A stretch of 64,000 nt of DNA from Mytilus trossulus (taxonomy: Eukaryota), in contig NC_086378.1 of assembly GCF_036588685.1 (NCBI RefSeq), forward strand, positions 23,746,001-23,810,000. Direction: 5' to 3'. Below are positions 11,606 to 25,390 of this stretch, piece after piece; the first letter of the stretch is position 1; each line of letters starts with the position of its first letter. The notes below the pieces were generated by a model. The model was not told the DNA's origin, searched no databases, and was given only the letters and a program-made list of their open reading frames with translations. The position numbers and the translations under genes were made by a program.

Positions 11606-13857
11606 TATTTTTGTAAAGACTACATTCAAACAATATGGTGCATACTTACATGTAGCAGGAGACGATTGGAGTTCAAGTGATTCGTTGTGATTCTTTCAGT
11701 TTCTGGTTATTATCTTATATTGAGTAAATAGATTAAATAGTTTTTACATTACTTCAAGGGTGTACTTAGGCGAGGTTATGACATTCTGTCAAATGTTCGG
11801 ACTTCTTTGCTCTTCTCCTAAGCTATGTTGTATAAATAAACATTTTGATAAGAACGTAAGTTCACGTATTATTTTATATTAGTAAAATCATTCGATACGG
11901 TTTTACTCAGTACTTAAATCGATTGTTTTTAATGGAAACAAATTTGAATTAAATTTATAATACTACTTATGAATAAAGTTATGAGAACTTATAATCATGC
12001 ATCCTGTCGACTATTCTGTATATTGATGCTTTTACATAGCACAATGTCATGCGTTTTTGAGACGGTTTATGACGTCTTTACACTCAATCAGTTTGAAATG
12101 TACTGATTATAAAATACTTTAATCTGGAAGAACATGATATACTTATTAGTTGTAATTTGCTTCCATCTAGCGTTTAGTTATTTTTATTTTTTTTTTCGCT
12201 CATTTGTTGTACCTAAATTAGGCCGCTAGTTTTCTCGCTTGAATTGTTTAACATTTGTCATTTCGGGGCCTTTTACAACCAACTTATGCGGTATGGGCTG
12301 TGGTCATTCTTGAAGACCGTACGCTGACCTATTATAGTTGTTAATTTCTGTGTCATTTGGTCTCTTGTGGAGAGCTGTTTCATTGCAATCATACCACAAC
12401 TTCTTTATTATATTAGAAATAGGAGTTTTCTAATATGCTGCAAATTTATAACCATTGATAGCTTATATATTTTTACGGCCTACTTGAGTTTCAAAGTTAA
12501 TGGTAACTCCGTACTTTGTTTTAAGGAGATGCAAAACCTGAATTCTTGATGCTGAAAATCATTTCAATATGTCTGGTGTTTGTTATTGAAAAGAGATAAG
12601 AAAAAAAAAACAGAAAAAAATATCATAAGAAAAAGGTATCCGATGGGGAAATCTCAGAAGTCAACTAACTGTAAAAGAAACCAATTTACTTTAAATAACA
12701 AACATGCTAAGATTTTAAATCTGAGTCTGATAGCCGTTTGGAAACGTAACAGGTTATTGACCAATCGTTGTTTATAAAGACAATGTGTGCAGTGAGAATA
12801 CATAAATGATTTAAAAGTCACATATTTTTCTAATAACGTGGAACACAATGGTTCAATAGTGTTTCATTAGTTTGCATTAATACGTAAGACAACGATACCT
12901 TGCAAATATTGTCTGATACTATCAGAACCTTTACGAGCTGTTCGACTGTATATCTAGATCTACATGTTAAAACGTATAAGATAAGTTTTTTGTCGCTATT
13001 TTACGAAATTTTCCTTTAATCTTATTGACTGATTATTTCCTTTCTCAGCACAGTCGATATAAAAAGTTATCACTAGAAACTAAAGCTTCATATGCCGTTT
13101 AAAAAAAACCAATGAATTCAACAATGTTATAGGTAAAACAGCGACAAAAAAAATATTATTGGTCATCGATCGATTCTCTCACTTTCGCCGTTCCGTCTCC
13201 AGCGAGAAAATATATCTCATTGAGATGACCAGCAATAATCTATAAATAATGTATAAAAAACCTGACCTGTCTTCAAAATCGGAAATAGTCCTAACACCTT
13301 TATTGCGATAGTTAGAATTGTATTTCAGCAGTTTAAATTTATGAAAGGCAAAAAACTTTTAAATAGAAATTCGGGATATTCTAACTCTTTTAGTCGAAAT
13401 AAAACTAAAATTCTATTACAATGAAGCAAAAAAAAAGCAACAACCACCAAACAAAAAAAAAAAGTCAACAAAATGCCACATAGAAAAGTTAAAACTGGTC
13501 AACACGAACACCACCAAAATCCGGAAGTCTCTAATGCATAGGAATTGCTAATTTGAGTACAAACCTGTTGATAAGTGTTGTGAACTTTGAACAATTGCTG
13601 GGCGGAAGTTGATGTCAACAATGGGGAAGTGAAAGTACGGGAATAAATATCACGTTACGTCGTGTAAATTGTACTTTCACAACACTAAGTCAAATAATAG
13701 GAACAATAAATGCATTCGTGGTTACAACTGGAATATATCTGTCATCAACTGTGAATCATTTGATATCATCACTACTGGAACATAAATCAAAAATATTTAA
13801 CAGTAAAACATATTAAAAATGTATTGTAAATTATCAGTTGAAACTCAAATAAAAAAG

Positions 13858-14764
13858 ATGTATGTGAAGTTAGCAGCCGGTTCGTTATTTCATTTTCGAA
13901 TAATATCCAACCGGCTGCTAGCAGTCGGTTTGATATTCAAAATTAAGTTAAAAATCATAAATAAAAAGTACTTAATAACATTAAAAGAATGATTTTCATA
14001 GTTAAAATCTGATAAAATACGTAAAAATTGTTTCATGATCTCTTCAAGCTGTCGTAAATTCCTGTTGTTTTCGAATATAAACCCCTTTCTAACTTGAAGC
14101 AAAAAGAAAAACCTGCCAACTCTAGAAAACATTTAGTTATATACATAGAAATATTAATTGAATTCCCAAAAAGAAATATATAGTGAAAACCTACCTGAGA
14201 TCACTTGAATGAGGTGAGACCCCCGTTGGTTTCAATGTACATAACATTTGAATAAATCATAGACTCTGTATCACCATCGCCCTGTGCCCTTTGTCCTAAA
14301 ATTTTGACAATTTTTAGCTGAAAAGTGACAATCTAATCCCCCCGCAGATATTGAATATGACATTATTCTCGGAAATCCTTTTGATACAATCTATTCAGAG
14401 TCTATTAATTCGTCTAGTTTAATGTACATTGAAAGAACTGGGGGAGAGGGTTCTGACCGTCGTTTAAGCATATATATATATATATATTTATTGATGCCTC
14501 TCAAAAGACAATTACAAACTTTTTATACAGATCTAGATAAAAGTAGGTTTACACTATATATATCTGTTCATGGGCTTTCCATATTTATTCTATTTATATT
14601 GCTAAATGTTTCAAGAATCATCGGGTTTTATTTTTGTTTTAAGAAATATGCGATATGAAAAATGCCATGTAATAATCTGATAATATCCAAACGACTGCTA
14701 GCAGCCGGTTGGATATTGAATATTGAATATCGAATAACGAACCGGCTGCACACTTCACGTCCAT
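13858..14764. mobile_element. Foldback/MITE-like element with ~75-bp terminal inverted repeats
   Basis: GTGAAGTtaGCAGCCGGTTCGTTATT...AATATCCAACCGGCTGCTAGCAGTCG at 13864-13937 recurs inverted at 14682-14758. No clear TSD. Confidence 0.75.
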
Positions 14765-17700
14765 AATAAAAATCTTTTGTCATTGAGATAATTGAGTTAG
14801 CATAAAGATATGAAATATCGTATAGCCAATTTAAATCAATTGGGGTTAATTCCCTTTGTAATGAGAATGATAAAAGGGAATACATGTATGTCAAAGAAAC
14901 AACAACCCGACCAAATAGCAAATAGCAGCCGAAGTCCACCAATGTAACAAGAACAGGCAACACACGGGGGAGGGCCTCACCTTTTATTTTCATTAATAAA
15001 GTAACAAAACTGAATCATCTGTCAATGACTTTCATTTAATTTTAATGAATTCTATATTAGTTCTTCATATTTACTCAATATCTTTAACATATGCATGTTA
15101 AAGATCAAATGTAATCAACAGACAAATTTTCATTCGTTAAACAGATTACAATAACGGTTGCCCATTGGTAACTGGAGTGACTAAAATGAATTATCTAAGT
15201 CAACTGTATTTGTATTAATGTCCAAAATGTTCATGAGGATTAAATGTAGTATTCTAATATTTGACATTGAGTGTCAGCCACCTTTTCTGAAGGATGTTTA
15301 AAAAATGCAACATATAGATACTCATTAAAATTCAATAAGGCCTTCCAATTCATAACAGGATTGACTTTATGAATTCACAGACGGTTTTATTGAATGTCAA
15401 AAGTTTTCAAGATTAATAATGACGGTCCATGAATTTAAATTATTATCACATTGACTGCGTTGGTATCATGTAACATTATCTAATTAAATTATAGATTAAT
15501 CCAGCTCCATATTTACATGCATTTCAACTGTTAAAAATATTCAGCAGTAGCACAGACATAAATGAGAATTCACCAATTTCAATTAAAATGAATGATGCTG
15601 CTGAAACTGTGAGACATTTTGGATGAAAAAAACGGAGTTAATTATCAGCTATAAAGCGAAATAACTAGTGTCTTTAGACATAAATGAAAAATTTTGTTTC
15701 ACTCTTTTTGAAGCGCTAATCTATCTTGATGATGTATAGACAAAAGTAAAATAATTTGTCACCATCGTTTGTTTCGCTACAGGCGAAAGGGGAAACGAAA
15801 TATATAAACGCACACCTCCTTAATTTCAATAAAAATAGGTTTTAGAGAGCAACAGAAACAGCTGCAACATTTGATAGCACAATAGAATAGTTTTATAAAC
15901 CGGATATAGGTTTGGTCTGCAACTTGTATTTAAGTATGCTAAATCCTAGTGTAAATGATAAAGAAGTCAAATTTTCTTCAATGATACACGAGGAGATACC
16001 TTTAATTTTAAATACTCTAACAGATCTATGTATTGGTTTCAGTATCCATATCTGATTCACATCGCACTTCGTGTTTGTTATTCTGAAGCCAGCTATAAAT
16101 ACAAATTGAGTTTTATTGAAAAACGGTCTTCTTGAACAATTCGAATAGCCACAATATAACATTGATTAAGTGACATATGTGTAATCTAAGAGTTCACTAG
16201 AGTTAGGGGGTGAGCAAGTTCTTCATTTAATGAATATCAATATCTATTTCAAATTAAAAAAAAACCAAGCTGTTTGTTTGTTTTTCCCATTGGTATCTTT
16301 CACAAATTACATGTATAACCTCAATCGATTTCTAAGTTTTGAACACCGGTTTAATACTGTTGCCTTTTTTCATATCCAAGTATATTATTATTAACTACTT
16401 CACTTTTCAAATAGTTGTTTTAATTAAAAAATTGGAAGAAAACGATATTGTTTAAAGATTTGTAGTAGACGATAGCCAAATACATTTCTATTCGTCATGA
16501 ACATTTGACTTGTGTTAAACTACATTATCTAGTAAGTTGTAATATTGGATGGTTCAATTAATTAATGAGCACATCTAACTGTAACGGTATTGTAAGTAAA
16601 GTCCAGAAGCGAATGAAGACGCAATAATTGCAAACTCTGGTATAATTCAGTTGAAATACGCATAATGTTTTTCCTCAGTAAAATATTTTACCTTCAGTAA
16701 TATTCGATCACGTTTACAAGCAAACTCTGACTTCACCTACCGCTATTGTTTTTCACGAATCCACAGCAAAAACTATTATGTCACAGCTGCGATAAAAGGT
16801 GTGTCTGATTAACACATTTTTATATATCTGTAAATGATCGCAGCAGAAACTCTCTGTTTGTTAAAAGGTTCATGTAAAAACTGCGATAAAATGTTAAATC
16901 AATTTGCACATTTTTTCTAAGAATAATTGTTATGTGTGATAATAGTGATTCATGTTTTGTTATAATAGTCGGCATATACGAATTTGACAGCTTCATGTTA
17001 TATCCCTTTATGTCTCCCCAAATCAAATTGTTATCTACAATAATGCCATGTTAATTACGCTAGTTGACATTAAATTCTTACAAATGGCAAGATTTGAAAC
17101 GTCGAAGAAAAATCGGATACACCTATGGTAACAACACGACGAAAAGACAACTGACAATTAAATATGTTTAGATTTGCGTTCTTAATACAATTGAGAATGG
17201 AAATGGGGAATGTATTAAAGAGACAACAACCCGACCATAGAAAAAACAACAGCAGAAGGTCTCCAACAGGTCTTCAATGTAACGAGAAATTCTCGCACCC
17301 GGAGGCGTCCTTCAGTCCTCAATGTTTATCGTTGCTGTAACATAGTGTCTCGAAATAAATTATGTAAAAGCCTTTTATGAATTTACTGTTATTTACATAT
17401 TATGCTGTACCGTTAGTTGTAAATACTTAAAGACAAAGAAAATTGAATGAATATATCTCAAGATTTTTCTCTCTTAATAATAATGAGTTTTGAGACAAAA
17501 ATGATTGTCTGCCACGAAATTTTAGAAGTGGAATTATCACATGTCAGCTTAAACCTTTTAGTAAATAATTGACAAGATAAAAACAATTGAGACATCTGAT
17601 TAGATTATTAAGTCAGTAGTTGTGGGTTAATGATAGAGAATCCGAAGACGAGATTAGACTTTTTAATGTAAAGCTTTGTTCATTTCAAAGGCAGGGATGT

Positions 17701-18665
17701 CGAATCGTGATTACACATCAGGAACTTGTTATGCTTTCAAATATTTTCTGCAAATAATTCAGGGTATTGCATAGTGTTTCAAGTTGTTGTTTTTATGTTT
17801 TTCTGATACGATTGAATTGACTTTTTTTATGATGTTTTTTATAATCAATACAATAAGTAGTGTGTCTGTTTCCAGTGTTTCTGTACTCTTACGATTTCAA
17901 TCTAGCTGTTGTAATACTAGCATGTCGACGTTGTGGTTGTGAATTCCAAACCCCACACGTTGCAGATGCGTTTAATTCCAACTTTAAATGAATAAGATTG
18001 TTACTTATCATGCTGTAGTTCAGTGGCTTACTGTATTTCTTTACGAAATACTACCACAAATTAACAATGGTATAAGGCACCTTAAACTGACATTGATATG
18101 ATGAATCTTAGAATTATTCTTATACTAGAAGGGACATAACTAAACACTGTTTGTAGCTGGGGAAGAATATGAGGCACAAAATATAAGGTCGTCCTGTCCA
18201 CGTCGAAACTTCCATAAATGTTGGTTGTTTTTGGGATAGGTTTGTTTTCTCATAAGAGAGCAACCATTTCACTTCAAAGGGGGATAGTGTTTTTGGTTTT
18301 TTGATCGAGTCAGATATCCCCCCCGCCCCCCCGACAAAGTGTGAACAATAATATTTAGTTTAACATTGCTATCAACCAATATATTTATTCAAAATTTAAT
18401 ACTATAAGGTATTAATAGGAAAATGACTGTATCCAATCAGAAATATGACAGTTGTTATCCATTCGTTTGACAATTTTGCCGTACACACTTTTCGTTCTGC
18501 ATTCAATAATTCAATATTTTTTTTCGTTTTCTTTTTTGTAATATTACTACGCATCAAAAGTTAAATAACAAATACTTTTATATTTAAAATCGAAAAAATT
18601 TGCATTAAATGTGGTTGTAATGTCATATAAAGCATTAACAATGTTTACAGTTGATTGCAGGTTAC

Positions 18666-18748
18666 AGACAATAACTGTTTAGTGTCTTTACATATCAGCA
18701 GTGTTTGTTCTACAGCTGATATTTAAAGACACTAAACAAATATTGTCT
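18666..18748. repeat. ~34-bp stem hairpin with 15-nt loop
   Basis: AGACAATAacTGTTTAGTGTCTTTAcATATCAGC pairs with GCTGATATtTAAAGACACTAAACAaaTATTGTCT. Confidence 0.85.
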
Positions 18749-19071
18749 ATAAGTATTTCAGATATTTTATTAAAATACCAGCTAGTATTTGAGACTGGAA
18801 CATTTCCTCTACTACATGTCCCACTAACACTTACAGCTAACCATGGCTTTCTGTTTAAGGACGTACTTTGATTTATAATGCTTTACTTTTACCAATTTTG
18901 ACGTGCATGAAGAAATATTCAATTGCCATTTATATAGAATATAATTGTGTCTTATTAATTTTGGAAAGTTATCAAAACATTAAGTTAAAGTTGCAGAAGA
19001 ACAAATGGATTTTTTTTATTATACTTTATTGGCTTCACAATTGTCACATTTTAAACGCATACTTTACGCAT

Positions 19072-19292
19072 ACGGGTGCCAAATGTAGAGCAGGATTTGC
19101 CTACCCTTCCTGGGCACCTGAGATCACCCCCGGAGTTTGTGGGGTTCGTGTTGTTTATTCTTTAGTTTCTATGTTGTGTAATGTGTAATGGTGTTTGTCT
19201 GTTTGTCTTTTTCAATTTTAGTAATGGCGTTGTCAGTTTATTTTCGATATATGAGTTTGGCTGTCCCTCTGGTGTCTTTCGTCTCTCTTTTA
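19072..19292 (+). repeat. SINE-like interspersed repeat
   Basis: GC-richer block (GAGCAGGA..CTACCCTTCC..GCACCTGAGATCACCCCC..GTGGGGTTCGTGTTG); its tail CTGTCCCTCTGGTRTCTTTCGTCYCTCTTTTA recurs at ~45480-45516. Confidence 0.6.
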
Positions 19293-20435
19293 TAAAGCTA
19301 GGATCCATCACTTCATTTGTGCTTTGTATCAAACTTAAGATATAAAATTATATGATGTATATGATGTACACACCACTATTAAAAGTACACTGGTAGGAGT
19401 CGATTGACTATATTTTGTAAAGTATTTAAATAGTTATCAAAAGTACCAGGATTATAATTTTATAAACATTTAAGGAACATTAGGATTTATTGCGGAAGTA
19501 TGAATATACTGGCATACATTTGAGGAAATGGATATTTCATAACACGTTTGTTTTAAAGTAAATTAGATTCATGTATACTTACCTTGAACAAAAAAATAAA
19601 ACATCTATACGTATTTTGGTCTGCTTTAACAGGGAACTCTTAATTTTGTGTAATGATTAGATATTGCTTTTCATACATATTTTTCGAAAAAAAGAAGCTT
19701 TTCGATTTGCTGAATTGCCTTAAGCCACATACTCTTTTATCATTTAGAAAGCGTTTCTTGAATCAATGAGCTAATTTTGTTTTTTTTATCTTTTCATTAC
19801 AGGTTTGTCAAATTTAGAGTAATCTGTTTTCATAATAAATAAATCAGAACTCTTCATGTTTGTCCCTCCGCTTGTTAAACAGATTAACATATTTTTGAGA
19901 ATGTGATGATGAAAAAAATAAAATGACTCATTATACGTATTGAGCTATGTTAATATAAACAACAATAGATCAGCGCATAGTCGTCATACATGAGAAAATG
20001 CTATACCACAAATAAACGAGTATGTAAACAAGTAAATGTCATTGTATGACCTTACAAATACCTTACAAATACGACAGAAGCGGTCAAGGCAAGACAAAAC
20101 CAAAAGGCAAAACCAAACTAACAGTCCGAATAATGCATGAAAAACAAATAAGAAATACATTTTACAGACTGAAACCCACGACAATCATTGAATTACAGGC
20201 CCAAGACTTTGAACCGTTGCATTACAAATGTTCAACGTTAAACATGTTTGTGAGCGCTTACACAATTTCTAGGACAGAGCATGTAACATCACATCATAAT
20301 TAAAAGCTGTACAAACAAGTTAGAATCGGGTTTATTCATCTCATTTACACGAATCACAAAAGAAAACAAAAATAAAAAGACAAAAGACAGAGAATGCAGA
20401 TCTAAGATCTAAAATACTAGCTAGTTTGAAGCTTT

Positions 20436-21211
20436 AAACTAGAGGCTCTCAAGAGTCTGTGTCGATCACCTTGGTTTATGTGCATATTAAACAATGGACA
20501 TAGATAAAATTATAAAAAAAATGTGTTTTGATGATGGTGATGTGTTTGTAGATCTTACTTTACTGAATATTCTTGTTGTTACAATTATCTCTATCTATAA
20601 TGAACTTGGCCTAGTAATTATAGTGGAAGATATTTTCTAAAAATCTACAAAACATTATGAAAAATGTAAAACATTGACTATAAAGGGCAATGATTCATGA
20701 AGGGGTCAACTGACCATATCGATCGTGTGTTATTAGTAAATCTTACTTTGCTGGACATTATTGCTGTTTATTGTTTATCTCTATCTATAAAAGTATTCAA
20801 GATAAAAACCAAAAACAGCAAAATTTCATTAAAATTACCAATTCAGAGGCAGCAACCCAACAACAGGTTGTTCGATTCATCTGAAATTTTCAGGGCAGAT
20901 AGATATTGACCTGATAAACAATTACTTCCCATGTCAGATTCTCCCTAAATGCTTTGATTTTTTAGTTAAAAGCCAAAAACTGCATTTTACCCCATGTTTT
21001 ATTTTTTAGCCGTTCCGGCCAACTTGGTTGGTTGACTGGGTCACCGGACACAATTTTTAAACTAGATAACCCAATGATGATTGTGGCCAAGTTTGGTTTA
21101 ATTTGGCCCAGTGGTTTCAGAGGAGAAGATTTTTGTAAAAGTTAACGACGACGGACGACGACGACAGACGCCGAACGCAAAGTGATGGGAAAAGCTCACT
21201 TGGCCCTACGG
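20436..21211 (-). mobile_element. Helentron-associated (HINE / DINE-1-like) non-autonomous element
   Basis: AACTAG plus short hairpin GGCTCTcaAGAGtC at one end; GACG-type microsatellite and AAAAGCTCAC subterminal repeat at the other. Confidence 0.7.
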
Positions 21212-23185
21212 TACCCTTTAAAATGGACGTTTTATAATACGATGAATACAAGTTTGTTCACTGGCATTAAAAGACATGTCTGTGAGGGTTCCTTCGTTGG
21301 TAAGTATGACTTTTAACAATCCAATACAGTGTATCTACCAAGACGGCTGTAATAGCTTCAGATTGAAGAAATTCAATAAAAACAAAACCTTTTTGATCTC
21401 GTCGAATTGTAAATGTCTTATACGATGATTCTATCATTTGTCTTGATGTCTAAGAAAATAATGTGGAGTGTTTTAATTTGAAATAAGTAAGCCTGTTACT
21501 GGTACCGTCAAATATACGTAAAATCACAAACAGGTTGATTTGCATTTCACTTTTCATTTCGTTTAAAGCATGACACATTAAGCCTTGAAACATGGAGGTT
21601 GCACAATCAAATGTAGGTCTACGCAATAATAGATCAAAAATAAATTATAAATTAAATCATATTTGTTTTAATCGGATCACTGATTTAAAGTAATTGTTTG
21701 AAAAAAATGTTTATACAAGTTATGTTTACTTAAGATCATTCCCCGAGCTGGGAGACAAGTTGTCTAAGTTATGTTCTAATTTACCAGACTTAAACATAAC
21801 ATAACATAAATTATTTATACAATGAAATTTAACACATGTATCATAAATGAGCTCTCCTTGAGGAGAGCATACATTTTATTAACCAATGTAAATATAAATC
21901 AAACATTTAGTTTCAAATTGAATTTTAAGGACACTACGGCTTAATTTCAGTCATTACACATTGCGTATAAAAACAGTCACACTGTCTCAAACTCAGTCAT
22001 CTATCCACTAATACATACAAATATACAATAATCTACAAATCAAGATATACAACTTAAATAAATCATTATAAATAAATCACTACTCGCCACATACAAAAAA
22101 ATAGATAGTCTTTGTGATGGTCGATGGGGGTGCGGGTGGGTTTGGGTTGTGGATGGGGCTCAATGCAGGCAAGTCAGTAGTACGGAGTATGCTACTCAGC
22201 GTAAGGCAGAACTTTAAATTGTAACATTATAAATTACATTTAAATTATATTAAAGAACAAGCACTAGAAACACGATCCAAAATCATACGATACCTAGAAT
22301 ATCCGTTTTAAATTATCAATGCAATAAATTTCGTTCAATGGAATATATACTGAACGACTTGAGAAACGCAAAACTAGATTATTTTTGTGTTATTTTTGAA
22401 TGAATGTGCCAACGTCAAAAGCGATGACTGCCTGTTACTAACGCCAAAATGATTGTCAGAAAACATGATTGTCAAATGACGTTTCATAATCAAATTCTGT
22501 TGATGTTTCATTGTCACTACACGTTGATCTGTTCATTTATGGCCAGCAACACATCTTGTCTACTTGTATTGTTGTCGGAAGGACAGAATAACGTCATACG
22601 GTATGGTTGCAGCATATTTATGTTTTCATGTTTGTAGTATTCTAAAGGGCTAATTCAGTTCTTATTTTCTCAGACTTTTAAAATACAACATTTAAAAAAA
22701 AAAGTAAGTAAGGCAAAGGATTGAAAGAACTGTTTCACAAAGCAAAAAAACTGACACAATCTTTCATGGGACCAAAATTTCGCTGTAAGTAATTCGTGAG
22801 ACTTAAAAAAATCGGTATGTTCAATAACCACAGGTAAGTCAGATTTTGATTTTTTGTAAGGAGAAAGAAGCATGATAAGCATGAAAAGTAGTTGTAAGAG
22901 AATCAAAAAAGATTTGGTAAAAAAAATCAACAAAATGAGTGTTGCGTTCAGTATATGATAAACATTACAGGTATTTTAAAACATGTCTTGATGTAAACAA
23001 ACACACATGTTTTACCAAATCAAATACATGTGCTTCCGTACTGCTATCAAATTAATTTCTAATTAATTTCATGTTTTCTATTAACAAGAGCAATCAGTAT
23101 ATTGGACAATTTATCAGTCAATTTAATTATATTGTCGATAATTTTTGAATTGAACAAAATTATTTAATGATTTCAAATCTATTAA

Positions 23186-23878
23186 AGGGGCACTAGCTGT
23201 CAAATTCATTGTCACCTATTTGACTAAAAGTTACATATTTTATCTATATCAATGAAAACATTTATCAAAACTATCAACAGTGTGAAATAAACAGTTTACA
23301 GAGCATAGGTTAAATGATATGTAGTTTCGTTTCGTGTGTATTTAAGTTCAGACTCCATCTAATTAAATATTGAGTTGACCTCAGATGACCATATAAGCGA
23401 TGTAAACATAAATATACTAAGAATTAGATATAAATAGATTAAGCCAACACGTGCATTTGAATTTTTATAAGTTTGTTTAAATGTATTTTATACATTAAAA
23501 ATATATGTTTCTCGTCGTTTTTACATGTAGAAGAAAGATTTTTAATGGATCGAATCAGTCATCAAATGATTTACCTTTGTTTCACTTTCAATGTTGACAT
23601 ACCTTTCCTTTAAATGAACAGTACACATACAAAACATGCGTTGTCCATCTCTAGTTAAGGGGATCAATTGAAGTTCACATGAATACGGATTTAATGAGAT
23701 CGGCTTATTCCCTTGCAAGTGAATAAGTCATTATCAATAATATTAAGCTTAAATTGACAAAATTGAACGATTTTAGCTGCTAAAAGCGAATTATTATTTC
23801 ACTATTTCACTTTTATTATTGATTGAACAAAAAAAAATTATACTTTAAAATTTTATGCATCTCGTAGCTAGTGCCCCT
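23186..23878. mobile_element. Non-autonomous TIR element, Kolobok-like
   Basis: Perfect 13-bp TIR AGGGGCACTAGCT / AGCTAGTGCCCCT, flanked by TTAA (left) and ATAA (right). Confidence 0.8.
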
Positions 23879-24759
23879 ATAAAACATTGTAAAAGTGAAA
23901 AAAAAGTATTGTAATGGATATTTGGTCTTTCCGACAATATAAAAAAGAAGATGTGATATGATTGCCAATGAGACAACTATCCACAAAAGACCAAAATGAC
24001 ACAGGCATTTACAATTATAGGTCACCGTACGGCCTTCAACAATGAGCAAAGCCCATACCACATAGTCAGTTATATAAGGTCTAGATAAGACAATGTAAAA
24101 CAACACTAATTTTAAGTAAACAAAATCTGTAACTCGACAATTTACCAGTTTATAAACATTTCATTTATTCAAACCTGAAAAACACTACAGACAAGGGGCT
24201 TACGAATGAGTTGCGAAAGACTTTCACCGTAAGATGGAAACCTGTATACAAACTTAAATGTGTTTATATCATTTAATTACAATTAGTTATTAAATTCAAC
24301 GCATTCAATATTTTTTTAAATTTATAAATGCTCATTTCCATGATTTAACAACATAATTTGGCTCTTTCAAGTACATGTACTATGATGAAAGTGTGTACCC
24401 CGTAAACAGTTAATTTACATAAAAATGAACATAATATACCTTGTTTTCATAAAAGTGCTGTTAACAAATTAAAAAAAACAAAATGTTACGACTATACAAT
24501 TCCGAACAAGTAATGTTAACAAAAAAGTAAAGGCGTACAGTGAAATCCATACCAAGTAGGGCTCCATAAATAGGAAGCTGGTGAAATTGATTATTTTCCT
24601 GATCAAAATCTTTCAAAAGAGAGTATAAGGACATTCACCTTTAATAACATAACATAACAATGCAAACGACGTAACTGTTAGGCCTGGTTTAACAGTTATC
24701 AAACATTCCTTCATAAATAACATGTTTTTCCCCACATTTATTCAAGATCTATATTACTT

Positions 24760-25390
24760 GTTATCAAAGGTACCAGGATTATAATTCAATACACCAGACG
24801 CGCGTTTCGTCTTCATAAGACTGATAAGTGAAGCTCAGATCAAAATAATTATAAAGCCAAACAAGTACAAAGTTGAAAAGCATTGAGAACCCAAAATTCC
24901 AAAAAAAAAATTGTGCCAAATACGGCTAAAGTAATCTTTTCCTGGAATATGAAAATCCTTAGTTTTTTCGAAAAATTCAAAGATTTGTACCAGCAAATTT
25001 ATAAAAATGACAATATAATTGATATTAATGTCAACACCGAAGTGCTGACTACTGAGCTGGTGATACCCTCGGGGACGAAACGTCACCCAGAAGTGCATCG
25101 ACTCAGTGGTGTAAATTGTTATCAAAGGTACCAGGATTATAAATTAATACGCCAGACGCGCGTTTCGTCTGCATAAGAATCGTCAGTGACGCTCAGATCA
25201 AAATATTTATAAAGCCAAACAAGTACAAAGTTGAAGAGCATTGAGGACTCGAAATTCCAAAAAGGTTGTGCCAAATACGACTAAGGTCATCTATTCCTAG
25301 GATAAGAAAATTCTTAGTTTTTTCGAAACATTCAAAGTTTTGATACAGGAAATCAATAAAATTGAAAATATAATTGATATTCATGTCAAT
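24760..25390 (-). mobile_element. Tandem retrozyme family A, ~1.75 units of 358 nt with two degenerate hammerheads
   Basis: GTTATCAAAGGTACCAGGATTATAA at 24760 and 25118. Hammerheads at ~24791-24834 (core mutated to CUUAUCA) and 25149-25192 (core CUGACGA, first stem II pair mismatched). Confidence 0.9.

Noticed and set aside
17925-18100. Possible tRNA-derived SINE remnant (also ~61790-61960)
   Set aside because: Too degenerate to identify A/B boxes or boundaries by eye.
25057-25090. Plus-strand CTGGTGA...GACGAAACGTC as an opposite-polarity hammerhead
   Set aside because: Core A6 is G, there is no proper stem I, and family B replaces GAAAC with TAATA; it is better explained as part of the structured module.
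24835-25384. ORFs within the retrozyme units (also 59740-60289)
   Set aside because: Frames are not conserved between copies; the conservation is of RNA structure.
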